From Escherichia coli (GTDB lineage: Bacteria; Pseudomonadota; Gammaproteobacteria; Enterobacterales; Enterobacteriaceae), in assembly GCF_036507355.1 (NCBI RefSeq), contig NZ_AP027877.1: a stretch of 64,000 nucleotides of DNA. One strand, 5' to 3'. The notes beneath the pieces were generated by a model. That model was not told the DNA's origin. It searched no databases and worked only from the letters and a program-made list of their open reading frames with translations. A program made the translations under genes and the position numbers. Positions 12,749-21,279 of the stretch are shown piece by piece; the stretch's first letter is position 1; every line of letters starts with the position of its first letter.

Positions 12749-14182
12749 ATGAAAGTAACGCTGCCAGAGTTTGAACGAGCAGGAGTGATGGTGGTTGGTG
12801 ATGTGATGCTGGATCGTTACTGGTACGGTCCCACCAGCCGTATCTCGCCGGAAGCGCCGGTGCCCGTGGTTAAAGTGAATACCATCGAAGAACGCCCGGG
12901 CGGCGCGGCTAACGTGGCGATGAATATCGCTTCTCTCGGTGCTAATGCACGTCTGGTCGGGTTGACGGGCATTGACGATGCAGCGCGCGCGCTGAGTAAA
13001 TCTCTGGCCGACGTCAACGTCAAATGCGACTTCGTTTCTGTACCGACGCATCCGACCATCACCAAATTACGGGTACTTTCCCGCAACCAACAGCTGATCC
13101 GTCTGGATTTTGAAGAAGGTTTTGAAGGTGTTGATCCGCAGCCGCTGCACGAGCGGATTAATCAGGCGCTGAGTTCGATTGGCGCGCTGGTGCTTTCTGA
13201 CTACGCCAAAGGTGCGCTGGCAAGCGTACAGCAGATGATCCAACTGGCGCGTAAAGCGGGCGTTCCGGTGCTGATTGATCCAAAAGGTACCGATTTTGAG
13301 CGCTACCGCGGCGCTACGCTGTTAACGCCGAATCTCTCGGAATTTGAAGCTGTTGTCGGTAAATGTAAGACCGAAGAAGAGATTGTTGAGCGCGGCATGA
13401 AACTGATTGCCGATTACGAACTCTCGGCTCTGTTAGTGACCCGTTCCGAACAGGGTATGTCGCTGCTGCAACCGGGTAAAGCGCCGCTGCATATGCCAAC
13501 CCAAGCGCAGGAAGTGTATGACGTTACCGGTGCGGGCGACACGGTGATTGGCGTCCTGGCGGCAACGCTGGCAGCGGGTAATTCGCTGGAAGAAGCCTGC
13601 TTCTTTGCCAATGCGGCGGCTGGTGTGGTGGTCGGCAAACTGGGGACGTCCACGGTTTCGCCGATCGAGCTGGAAAACGCTGTACGTGGACGCGCAGATA
13701 CCGGCTTTGGCGTGATGACCGAAGAGGAACTGAAGCTGGCTGTAGCGGCAGCGCGTAAACGTGGTGAAAAAGTGGTAATGACCAACGGTGTCTTCGATAT
13801 CCTACATGCCGGACACGTCTCTTATCTGGCAAATGCCCGCAAGCTGGGTGACCGCTTGATTGTTGCCGTCAACAGCGATGCCTCCACCAAACGGCTGAAA
13901 GGGGATTCCCGCCCGGTAAACCCACTCGAACAGCGTATGATTGTGCTGGGCGCACTGGAAGCGGTCGACTGGGTAGTGTCGTTTGAAGAAGACACGCCGC
14001 AGCGTCTGATCGCCGGGATCCTGCCAGACCTGCTGGTGAAAGGCGGTGACTACAAACCGGAAGAGATCGCCGGGAGTAAAGAAGTCTGGGCCAACGGCGG
14101 CGAAGTGTTGGTGCTCAACTTTGAAGACGGTTGCTCGACCACTAACATTATCAAGAAGATCCAACAGGATAAAAAAGGCTAA
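12749..14182 (+). CDS. hldE: Bifunctional D-beta-D-heptose 7-phosphate kinase / heptose 1-phosphate adenylyltransferase
   Basis: 477 aa; N-terminal ribokinase-like domain and C-terminal cytidylyltransferase motif [12 protein letters not shown]. Confidence 0.93.
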
Positions 14183-14261
14183 CCGGAAAGCGGTTCACAG
14201 ATCTCGCTTCGTACATGGCAGGCCTATTGACGCTGTTGTTTTTTCAACCTAGAGTAAAGGA

Positions 14262-14410
14262 ACAAGGGTAAGGGAGGATTTCTCCCCCCTCTGATGAGTT
14301 GTTAGTAAGTCGGGAAACTTAACAGTAACAACACAACCAGTATGATGACGAGCTTCATCATAACCCTTTCCTTCTATAAGGCCCCTTCCTCGGGAGGGGC
14401 TTTCCCGTTT
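14262..14410 (+). ncRNA. sibE: Sib-family antisense sRNA (antitoxin), copy proximal to hldE
   Basis: Promoter TTGACG(14227-32)-17 bp-TAGAGT(14250-55); terminator hairpin gcccctTcc/ggaggggc + U-tract at 14380-14410; fully antisense to the ibs ORF; ends approximate; D/E naming by synteny only. Confidence 0.7.
14302..14361 (-). CDS. ibsE: Ibs-family type I toxin, 19 aa (MMKLVIILVVLLLLSFPTY)
   Basis: Hand-translated minus-strand ORF, ATG 14361 to TAA 14302-04; hydrophobic 19-mer typical of Ibs; below ORF-track size cut-off. Confidence 0.75.
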   Translation of the reverse strand: MMKLVIILVVLLLLSFPTY

Positions 14411-14637
14411 CAGCCCCTTGCTGTCTCCCCGATTGTTGATGAGCGCCGGACCCCGCGCAACGCTTTCCCTGAAGCAGTTTTGCCTTCCCCGAGCGGTCAC
14501 GCAAAACGCTGCAACGTCCTGAGCATTTGCACCTTTTAGCGGAACGCAGATATAAAAAATCCCCGGCTTTTTGGGCCAGGGATATGTGTTAATGAAACCT
14601 TCTTGACGCTGATTTTTTTTCAACCTAAAGTAAAGGA

Positions 14638-14786
14638 ACAAGGGTGAGGGAGGATTTCTCCCCCCTCTGATTGGCTGTTAATAAGCTGCGAAACTTACGA
14701 GTAACAACACAATCAGTATGATGACGAGCTTCATCATAACCCTTTCCTTCTGTAAGGCCCCTTCCTCGGGAGGGGCTTTCCCGTTT
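14638..14786 (+). ncRNA. sibD: Sib-family antisense sRNA (antitoxin), copy proximal to yqiK
   Basis: Promoter TTGACG(14603-08)-17 bp-TAAAGT(14626-31); same terminator hairpin at 14756-14786; antisense to second ibs ORF. Confidence 0.7.
14678..14737 (-). CDS. ibsD: Ibs-family type I toxin, 19 aa (MMKLVIILIVLLLVSFAAY)
   Basis: Hand-translated minus-strand ORF, ATG 14737 to TAA 14678-80; paralog of the copy at 14302..14361. Confidence 0.75.
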   Translation of the reverse strand: MMKLVIILIVLLLVSFAAY

Positions 14787-14929
14787 CAGCCCTTTGCTGA
14801 CTCCCCGATTGTTGATGAGCGCCGGACCTCGCGCAACGCTTTCCCTGAAGCAGTTTTGCCTTCCCCGAGCAGTCACGCAAAACGCTGCAACAGCCTGATC
14901 ATTTGCACCTTTTAGCGGAACGCAGATAT

Positions 14930-14965
14930 AAAAAATCCCCGGCTTTTTGTGCCAGGGATGTTCAT
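14930..14965 (-). terminator. Intrinsic terminator downstream of yqiK
   Basis: Minus-strand hairpin cccuggc/gccgggg followed by AUUUUUUAU directly after the yqiK stop; a near-identical copy lies at 14555-14590. Confidence 0.6.
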
Positions 14966-14975
14966 AGCTGAAAAT

Positions 14976-16637
14976 TTATTCTACGTTTTCGGCGACGGGA
15001 GTTGTTGAGGTTAAGGGTGAAGTCAATGCAGCCAGTGAGCCGCCTGAAACGCCAATTTCATTGAGCAAGGAGTCAATCAGTGGTGCCTGTGTGCGGTAAG
15101 AGAGTGCGGCTGATAATGCTTGTTCCGCCAGGTTTCCGCCCCCCACATTACCCGTGTTTGCATCCCCCGCAGTACCACCACGATTCAGTCCATCGACCTG
15201 TATGATCTTAATACCATCGATCGACTTCATCGGCTCAACGGATTTCTCAATTACCGCAGGCAGCGCCTGCAATAATGCCAGTTTGAATTTAAGGCTGGTT
15301 TGTTCATCAGAAAGTACGTTGATAGCATCGTTCAGCGCACGTTGCGCTTCTGCTTCCGCCAGACCCTTTTTACGTGTAGCTTCGGCTAACTCAACGATAG
15401 CCGCCGCCTGCATCTCTGCGGCTTCTTTTTCTGCTTTTGCCCGCACGGTCAGTTCAACCGCTTTGGTTTCTGCATCCTGCGCGGCAGCGATTAGGGCAAC
15501 TTGTTTAGCACGATCGGCTTCTGCGGTCTGGCGAGTGGTTCCAACGTTTTGTTGGGCGCTTACTGCTTCTGCGAGTGCAAGGTTAGCACGCGCTTCTGCC
15601 TGGGACTGTTGTTCCGATTTGGCGGCAATAGCGATCGATTTCGTCTGGTTAGCGATTTCGGTGACCTGCTGCTGTTCGATCTCTTTAATGCGAACTTCAC
15701 GTTCAGCTTCAACTTTTCTTGAGCGGACGGCCTGTTCGCGGTCGATTTCTGTTTCCTGAATCTGTCGTTCAGCCAGAATTCGCGTCTGCTCTGCTTCACG
15801 ACGACGTTCAGCTTCAAAAGCCGCAATTTTCGCATTCTGCTCAGCGGTACGGGTTTTAACCTGCTGCTCCTGCTCAAGCGTCATAAACGCTTCTTGTTGT
15901 TCAATCTCCAACTTGCGCGAAAGTGCATCACGGTTTTTCTCACGCACCGCAACTTCTACATCCTGTTCAACTTCGTTACGCTCGCGGCGACGGCGCTCCG
16001 TCTCCTGAGTCAGTTTGGTTAAACCTTCGGCGTCAAAGGCATTGTTCGGATTGAAATGTTCTTTCGAGGTCTGGTTAAAGTTGGTAAGTGAAACGCTTTC
16101 CAGTTCCAGGCCGTTTTTCGACAGATCTTCAGCTACGGTATTTTGTACTCCCTGCACGAAGTTCTCGCGGGTATCCTGTAACTCATGCATGGTCATTTGT
16201 GCAGCTGTTGCACGGAGGGCATCGACGAATTTATCTTCAACCAACATACGTAAATCTTCTGGTGATAGCGTGCGTTGCCCCAACGTTTGGGCAGCGGTGG
16301 CAATCCCTTCTACTGAAGGTTTTACCCGCACAAAGAAAGCGACTACTACATCGACGCGCATACGATCTTTCGTAATCAGGCTATCAATGGTTGAGCGGCT
16401 GACTTCCAGCTTCAGAGTATTCATATTGATGGGGATTATTTCATGAAAGATCGGCATCACGATTGCGCCACCGCTCATTACCACTTTTTGCCCACCTAAA
16501 CCAGTACGAACAAAAGCTTGCTCTGCCGAAGCTCGACGATAGAGCCTGGCGAAAATAATTCCAATAATAAACAGAATGCATACGGCAATAATCGCGGTAA
16601 ACATCCAGGAGGGCACAGAATTAACAATATCATCCAT
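14976..16637 (-). CDS. yqiK: Flotillin-like SPFH/band-7 family membrane protein
   Basis: 553 aa; N-terminal TM helix, SPFH domain, long Ala/Glu/Lys/Arg-rich coiled-coil. Confidence 0.9.
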   Translation of the reverse strand: MDDIVNSVPSWMFTAIIAVCILFIIGIIFARLYRRASAEQAFVRTGLGGQKVVMSGGAIVMPIFHEIIPINMNTLKLEVSRSTIDSLITKDRMRVDVVVAFFVRVKPSVEGIATAAQTLGQRTLSPEDLRMLVEDKFVDALRATAAQMTMHELQDTRENFVQGVQNTVAEDLSKNGLELESVSLTNFNQTSKEHFNPNNAFDAEGLTKLTQETERRRRERNEVEQDVEVAVREKNRDALSRKLEIEQQEAFMTLEQEQQVKTRTAEQNAKIAAFEAERRREAEQTRILAERQIQETEIDREQAVRSRKVEAEREVRIKEIEQQQVTEIANQTKSIAIAAKSEQQSQAEARANLALAEAVSAQQNVGTTRQTAEADRAKQVALIAAAQDAETKAVELTVRAKAEKEAAEMQAAAIVELAEATRKKGLAEAEAQRALNDAINVLSDEQTSLKFKLALLQALPAVIEKSVEPMKSIDGIKIIQVDGLNRGGTAGDANTGNVGGGNLAEQALSAALSYRTQAPLIDSLLNEIGVSGGSLAALTSPLTSTTPVAENVE

Positions 16638-17298
16638 TATTAAATTTCCTTTTGATTAATAAATTACAATATTTGGGGCCAGGGATTGTTTTCCGCCAAA
16701 TATCGCGTTGCAGAAAGTCGGCAAATAATTAACACTTTGTCTCCTTTAGTGAAAATTTTTCCTTCTTCAGGCTCCAGTAGTAAATAATGTATTTGGCCAA
16801 ATTGATCGGTGAGTTTTCCTTCGCAGGGATTACCTGAAGTGGCTTGATGACCGGTAATTAATGCCATGCTACCAATATATTCTTCTTCTGTAATAGCTGA
16901 ACTATGGTCGCGTGGAATCCAGGGCGCAACTATTTTACCGGTATAATGCACCGCAATAATCGTAAACAGTAAACTGACAGGAACCACGAACAGGTTCGAC
17001 AGTGGTGATTGCCAGACCATGATGCAGGCATGCTGCAACAGGATGCCAATAAGACCAAAAAAACCAGCCAGCAAGCAGAGAACGACGAGAGCTGGCAATC
17101 TTCCGATATTGAGATAATGAAGTGCCTGGCTAATATGACCTGTGGTTATGGAATCATAATGGTCAAGATGTGCATCAAGAGCACCGGAGAGCATGTGACC
17201 GCAGATAAGCGCTAAAATTTCTAAAAGGCCGATCAACAGTACAGGTGATGCTGCCAACTTACTGATTTAGTGTATGATGGTGTTTTTGAGGTGCTCCA

Positions 17299-17574
17299 GT
17301 GGCTTCTGTTTCTATCAGCTGTCCCTCCTGTTCAGCTACTGACGGGGTGGTGCGTAACGGCAAAAGCACCGCCGGACATCAGCGCTATCTCTGCTCTCAC
17401 TGCCGTAAAACATGGCAACTGCAGTTCACTTACACCGCTTCTCAACCCGGTACGCACCAGAAAATCATTGATATGGCCATGAATGGCGTTGGATGCCGGG
17501 CAACAGCCCGCATTATGGGCGTTGGCCTCAACACGATTTTACGTCACTTAAAAAACTCAGGCCGCAGTCGGTAA
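17299..17574 (+). CDS. insA: IS1 InsA (transposition repressor, zinc-finger/HTH)
   Basis: 91 aa, [40 protein letters not shown]... Confidence 0.95.
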
Positions 17575-17996
17575 CCTCGCGCATACAGCCGGGCAGTGAC
17601 GTCATCGTCTGCGCGGAAATGGACGAACAGTGGGGCTATGTCGGGGCTAAATCGCGCCAGCGCTGGCTGTTTTACGCGTATGACAGGCTCCGGAAGACGG
17701 TTGTTGCGCACGTATTCGGTGAACGCACGATGGCGACGCTGGGGCGTCTTATGAGCCTGCTGTCACCCTTTGACGTGGTGATATGGATGACGGATGGCTG
17801 GCCGCTGTATGAATCCCGCCTGAAGGGAAAGCTGCACGTAATCAGCAAGCGATATACGCAGCGAATTGAGCGGCATAACCTGAATCTGAGGCAGCACCTG
17901 GCACGGCTGGGACGGAAGTCGCTGTCGTTCTCAAAATCGGTGGAGCTGCATGACAAAGTCATCGGGCATTATCTGAACATAAAACACTATCAATAA
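17493..17996 (+). CDS. insB: IS1 InsB' frame (made as InsAB' transposase by -1 frameshift)
   Basis: 167-aa ORF in the -1 frame relative to insA; A6C slippery motif at 17550-17556. Confidence 0.9.
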
Positions 17997-18339
17997 GTTG
18001 GAGTCATTACCAACAGTACAAAGGAAATAGCGAAAAGATAAGGGGTATTATAGTCGGCGAATAAAATCATATGTCACTCCAATGTCCATTTAGTGACGCA
18101 ATATTTACTTTGGGATAGTTTCCTTGCTTGCATTTATCTTTGTTAATAATAACATATGTTAGAGAAGTTCTGGAAGAGAAAGTCTTTTAATATGGTTTTT
18201 TTATTTTTCACTAAAAAGTGTGATCGGGGACAATATATTTACGCACGTTATGTTTAAAGGCACTACACTGATTGGGGAATACTGAAATCAGAAAAAGCAT
18301 ATGGCCTTAAAAGGTATGCGATAACCGGAGGATGTGCTT

Positions 18340-18540
18340 ATGGATCATAGTCTTAATTCTTTAAATAATTTCGATTTCCTGGCGCGTAGTTTTGCCAGAA
18401 TGCACGCAGAAGGTCGCCCGGTCGATATTCTGGCCGTTACTGGTAACATGGATGAAGAACATAGAACCTGGTTTTGCGCACGTTATGCCTGGTATTGCCA
18501 ACAGATGATGCAAACCAGAGAACTTGAATTAGAACACTGA
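18340..18540 (+). CDS. glgS: GlgS (surface composition regulator, formerly glycogen synthesis protein)
   Basis: ORF 18334..18540; start at ATG 18340 gives the 66-aa [27 protein letters not shown]... protein. Confidence 0.9.
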
Positions 18541-18574
18541 TATGACGGGCCGTCTGGCCCGTTTTTGTGTTGCT
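18541..18574. terminator. Terminator hairpin between convergent glgS and ubiK
   Basis: cgggccgtctggcccg stem-loop followed by TTTTTG. Confidence 0.6.
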
Positions 18575-18874
18575 TTATTCTGCTTTATCAATAGGCGGGA
18601 TAGCCGGAGGAGATTGAAGATCTGCTATCGAATTATTGCGCGCTTCCAGTTCACTGATGCGCTGCTCCAGTAACGCCAGTTTTTCACGAGTCCGTAACAG
18701 GACTTGCGTCTGTACGTCGAATTCTTCGCGGCTCACCAGATCGAGACGCGTCAGCTGCGCTTGTAGGGTTTGGCGGATTTTTTTCTCCACATCTTCCCCG
18801 AACTCCCTGATTCCTTTAGGCATTGATTCGTGAACCTGGCGAGCGATTTGCTCAATTTTTTTCGGGTCAATCAT
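18575..18874 (-). CDS. ubiK: Ubiquinone biosynthesis accessory factor UbiK (YqiC)
   Basis: ORF 18575..18934; start at ATG 18874 ([21 protein letters not shown]...), coiled-coil BMFP family. Confidence 0.85.
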   Translation of the reverse strand: MIDPKKIEQIARQVHESMPKGIREFGEDVEKKIRQTLQAQLTRLDLVSREEFDVQTQVLLRTREKLALLEQRISELEARNNSIADLQSPPAIPPIDKAE

Positions 18875-18989
18875 TGTAGTTTCCCTGTACTGATAGGTGT
18901 TGAGTGCCATTGTAGTGCGATAAGGGTAAGTCATAAACCAGAATTATGTGAAGCTATGCGTTGCTGCCGCTAATCATTAGCGTTATAGT

Positions 18990-19247
18990 GAATCCGCTTA
19001 TTCTCAGGGCGGGGCGAAATTCCCCACCGGCGGTAAATCAACTCAGTTGAAAGCCCGCGAGCGCTTTGGGTGCGAACTCAAAGGACAGCAGATCCGGTGT
19101 AATTCCGGGGCCGACGGTTAGAGTCCGGATGGGAGAGAGTAACGATTCTGTCGGGCATGGACCCGCTCACGTTATTTTGGCTATATGCCGCCACTCCTAA
19201 GACTGCCCTGATTCTGGTAACCATAATTTTAGTGAGGTTTTTTTACC
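18990..19247 (+). promoter_or_regulatory. ribB 5' leader with FMN riboswitch (RFN element / sroG)
   Basis: Conserved RFN segments aggGCGGGGCGAAATTCCCCACCGGCGGTAAA ... GCCCGCGAGCGC ... CAGCAGATCCGGTGTAATTCCGGGGCCGACGGT ... AGTCCGGATGGGAGAGAG directly upstream of ribB; ends approximate. Confidence 0.8.
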
Positions 19248-19901
19248 ATGAATCAGACGCTACTTTCCTCTTTTGGTACGCCTTTCGAACGTGTTGAAAA
19301 TGCACTGGCTGCGCTGCGTGAAGGACGCGGTGTAATGGTGCTTGATGATGAAGACCGTGAAAACGAAGGTGATATGATCTTCCCGGCAGAAACCATGACT
19401 GTTGAGCAGATGGCGCTGACCATTCGCCACGGTAGCGGTATTGTTTGCCTGTGCATTACTGAAGATCGCCGTAAACAACTCGATCTGCCAATGATGGTAG
19501 AAAATAACACCAGCGCCTATGGCACCGGTTTTACCGTGACCATTGAAGCGGCTGAAGGTGTGACTACCGGTGTTTCTGCCGCTGACCGTATTACGACCGT
19601 TCGCGCAGCGATTGCCGATGGCGCAAAACCTTCTGATCTGAATCGCCCGGGCCACGTTTTCCCACTCCGCGCTCAGGCTGGTGGTGTACTGACGCGTGGC
19701 GGTCATACTGAAGCAACTATTGATCTAATGACGCTGGCAGGCTTCAAACCGGCTGGTGTGCTGTGTGAGCTGACTAATGACGATGGCACGATGGCGCGTG
19801 CACCAGAGTGTATTGAGTTTGCCAATAAACACAATATGGCGCTCGTGACTATTGAAGACCTGGTGGCATACCGTCAGGCACATGAGCGTAAAGCCAGCTG
19901 A
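19248..19901 (+). CDS. ribB: 3,4-dihydroxy-2-butanone 4-phosphate synthase
   Basis: 217 aa, [10 protein letters not shown] signature motif. Confidence 0.93.
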   Translation: MNQTLLSSFGTPFERVENALAALREGRGVMVLDDEDRENEGDMIFPAETMTVEQMALTIRHGSGIVCLCITEDRRKQLDLPMMVENNTSAYGTGFTVTIEAAEGVTTGVSAADRITTVRAAIADGAKPSDLNRPGHVFPLRAQAGGVLTRGGHTEATIDLMTLAGFKPAGVLCELTNDDGTMARAPECIEFANKHNMALVTIEDLVAYRQAHERKAS

Positions 19902-19933
19902 AAACCGCTGCTTAATTTACTGCCTTAATCAAG

Positions 19934-19970
19934 AAACCGAAGTTGTAGCAGGCTTCGGTTTTTATTTTTC
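19934..19970 (+). terminator. ribB intrinsic terminator
   Basis: aaaccgaag/cttcggttt hairpin followed by T-run. Confidence 0.7.
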
Positions 19971-20162
19971 CCTGCTATGCAAGATGTTAATTCCGCTTCT
20001 CTTTCTATGAGAAAATTTCATTAATATCAGGCATTCTTTTTCATTATGATCAAAATCATATAATTGTTCCGTTATTATGCGACCATATGAATATATCCGA
20101 AAAAGGATATGTGAAATTTATGCGCTAAATGTTTAGTATTGTTAAATATTAAGGGTAAAAGG

Positions 20163-20333
20163 ATGTTTATCGCCTGGTACTGGATTGTATTGATTGCTCT
20201 TGTTGTGGTGGGTTATTTCCTGCATTTGAAACGTTATTGTCGGGCGTTTCGCCAGGACAGAGACGCACTGCTTGAAGCGCGGAACAAATACTTAAACAGT
20301 ACGAGAGAAGAGACAGCCGAAAAGGTAGAATAA
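20163..20333 (+). CDS. Small single-TM membrane protein (possibly YqiD)
   Basis: ORF 20139..20333; start at ATG 20163 gives MFIAWYWIVLIALVVVGYFL + charged tail; identity not confirmed. Confidence 0.4.
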   Translation: MFIAWYWIVLIALVVVGYFLHLKRYCRAFRQDRDALLEARNKYLNSTREETAEKVE

Positions 20334-20390
20334 GGCTTTAGTGAAGCTAGCAGAAGTTGTCCATGCGCTGGACAACTTCTGATGTTGCTT

Positions 20391-21164
20391 TTAACCAATT
20401 CCCGCCGTTTGTAGCAGCACTAAACTGAATCCCATCACTGACATTCCACATAGTACGCCATAGCTGGGGTTATTATTAGGGTCAATCTCTTTGGCGAGCG
20501 GCATTAATTCATCAACCGAGAGCGCCACCATAATTCCTGCAACCGCCGCCATGATTGCCGCCATGACCACGGGGGAAATCATGCTACCGAGGATTAACCA
20601 CGCCAGCACACCACCAAGAATTTCTGCTAGTCCAGAAATCCCCGCCCACAGAATCGCCGTGCGTTTAGACCCCGTTGCTGCGTAAACCGGGCCTGCCACT
20701 GCCAGACCTTCAGGAATATTGTGCAACGCTACGGCCAGAGCGATGCCAAATCCCAGCTCCAGGTTGCTGCTCGCCGTGACAAAGGTGGCAATCCCTTCCG
20801 GGAAGTTATGCAGACTGATGCCGAGAGTGAGCAGAATGGCTGTGCGCTTGATCGATTTTGGCAACGGCTGCACCGATTTTTGCATTAAATCCTGCGGATG
20901 CGCATGTGGCAACATGCGGTCCAGGCCAAAATAGCCAAGCAGACCGAAGATAAACATTCCATAACCCAACACAGGCGACATTCCTTCAGCTGCTAGTGCG
21001 GCAGGAAGCATTTCCATTAATGAGATGAGCAACATGATCCCCGCCGCAAATCCTAGCGAAAACGCCAGTAAGCGGTTCGAGGGTTTTTGCCCGAGAACGC
21101 CGAGAAACGCGCCAATAAACGTGGCTGCCCCCGCCAGTATGGTCAGAATGAGAGGTACTGACAT
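20391..21164 (-). CDS. zupT: Zinc transporter ZupT (ZIP family)
   Basis: ORF 20391..21206; start at ATG 21164 ([16 protein letters not shown]..., 257 aa) with AAGGAG RBS. Confidence 0.9.
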
Positions 21165-21279
21165 CGACAACTCCTTATAAATCTTCACCTTCAGGCAGAT
21201 CGTCAAAATAACTGATGATCATCATCATTGTTATCCGGGTTCTTACTCCGCCGAACAAGCGTATTGTGAGGATATCAAA

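Larger units (their letters stand above)
14227..14975. repeat. Two tandem ~377-bp copies of a Sib/Ibs unit
   Basis: Copy 1 from 14227 and copy 2 from 14603 align almost base for base, including promoter, ibs ORF and two hairpins. Confidence 0.9.
17244..18011 (+). mobile_element. IS1 insertion sequence, 768 bp, complete
   Basis: Terminal inverted repeats (ggtgatgctgccaacttactgat ... atcaataagttggagtcattacc), insA and insB' ORFs, flanked by 9-bp direct repeat AACAGTACA (17235-43 and 18012-20). Confidence 0.95.
16664..18070 (-). pseudogene. yqiJ: NfeD-like membrane protein gene yqiJ interrupted by IS1 after codon 17
   Basis: 3' part 16664..17243 and 5' part 18012..18070 (MILFADYNTPYLFAISF) rejoin in frame to a 209-aa ORF once IS1 and one TSD copy are removed. 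Confidence 0.8.

Noticed and set aside
14249-14876. ORF-track minus-strand ORFs of 130 aa (14249..14641) and 83 aa (14625..14876), and + strand 65-aa ORFs (14342..14539, 14718..14915), inside the tandem repeat
   Set aside because: They are near-identical because the DNA is duplicated, have no recognisable protein features, and overlap the Sib RNA and terminator hairpins; the real coding content is the 19-codon ibs ORFs.
14227-14975. Possible CRISPR array, because of repeated sequence
   Set aside because: Only two copies of a ~377-bp unit with no short direct-repeat/spacer periodicity and no cas genes anywhere in the window.
15154-15759. 201-aa + strand ORF rich in Ala/Ser/Cys inside yqiK
   Set aside because: Antisense to the repetitive Ala/Glu/Lys/Arg-rich coiled-coil coding region of the flotillin-like protein; a compositional artefact.
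18012-18339. AT-rich segment between IS1 and glgS as possible additional foreign DNA
   Set aside because: It contains the native yqiJ 5' end (18012..18070) and the glgS promoter region, and is contiguous with the target-site duplication, so it is native intergenic DNA.
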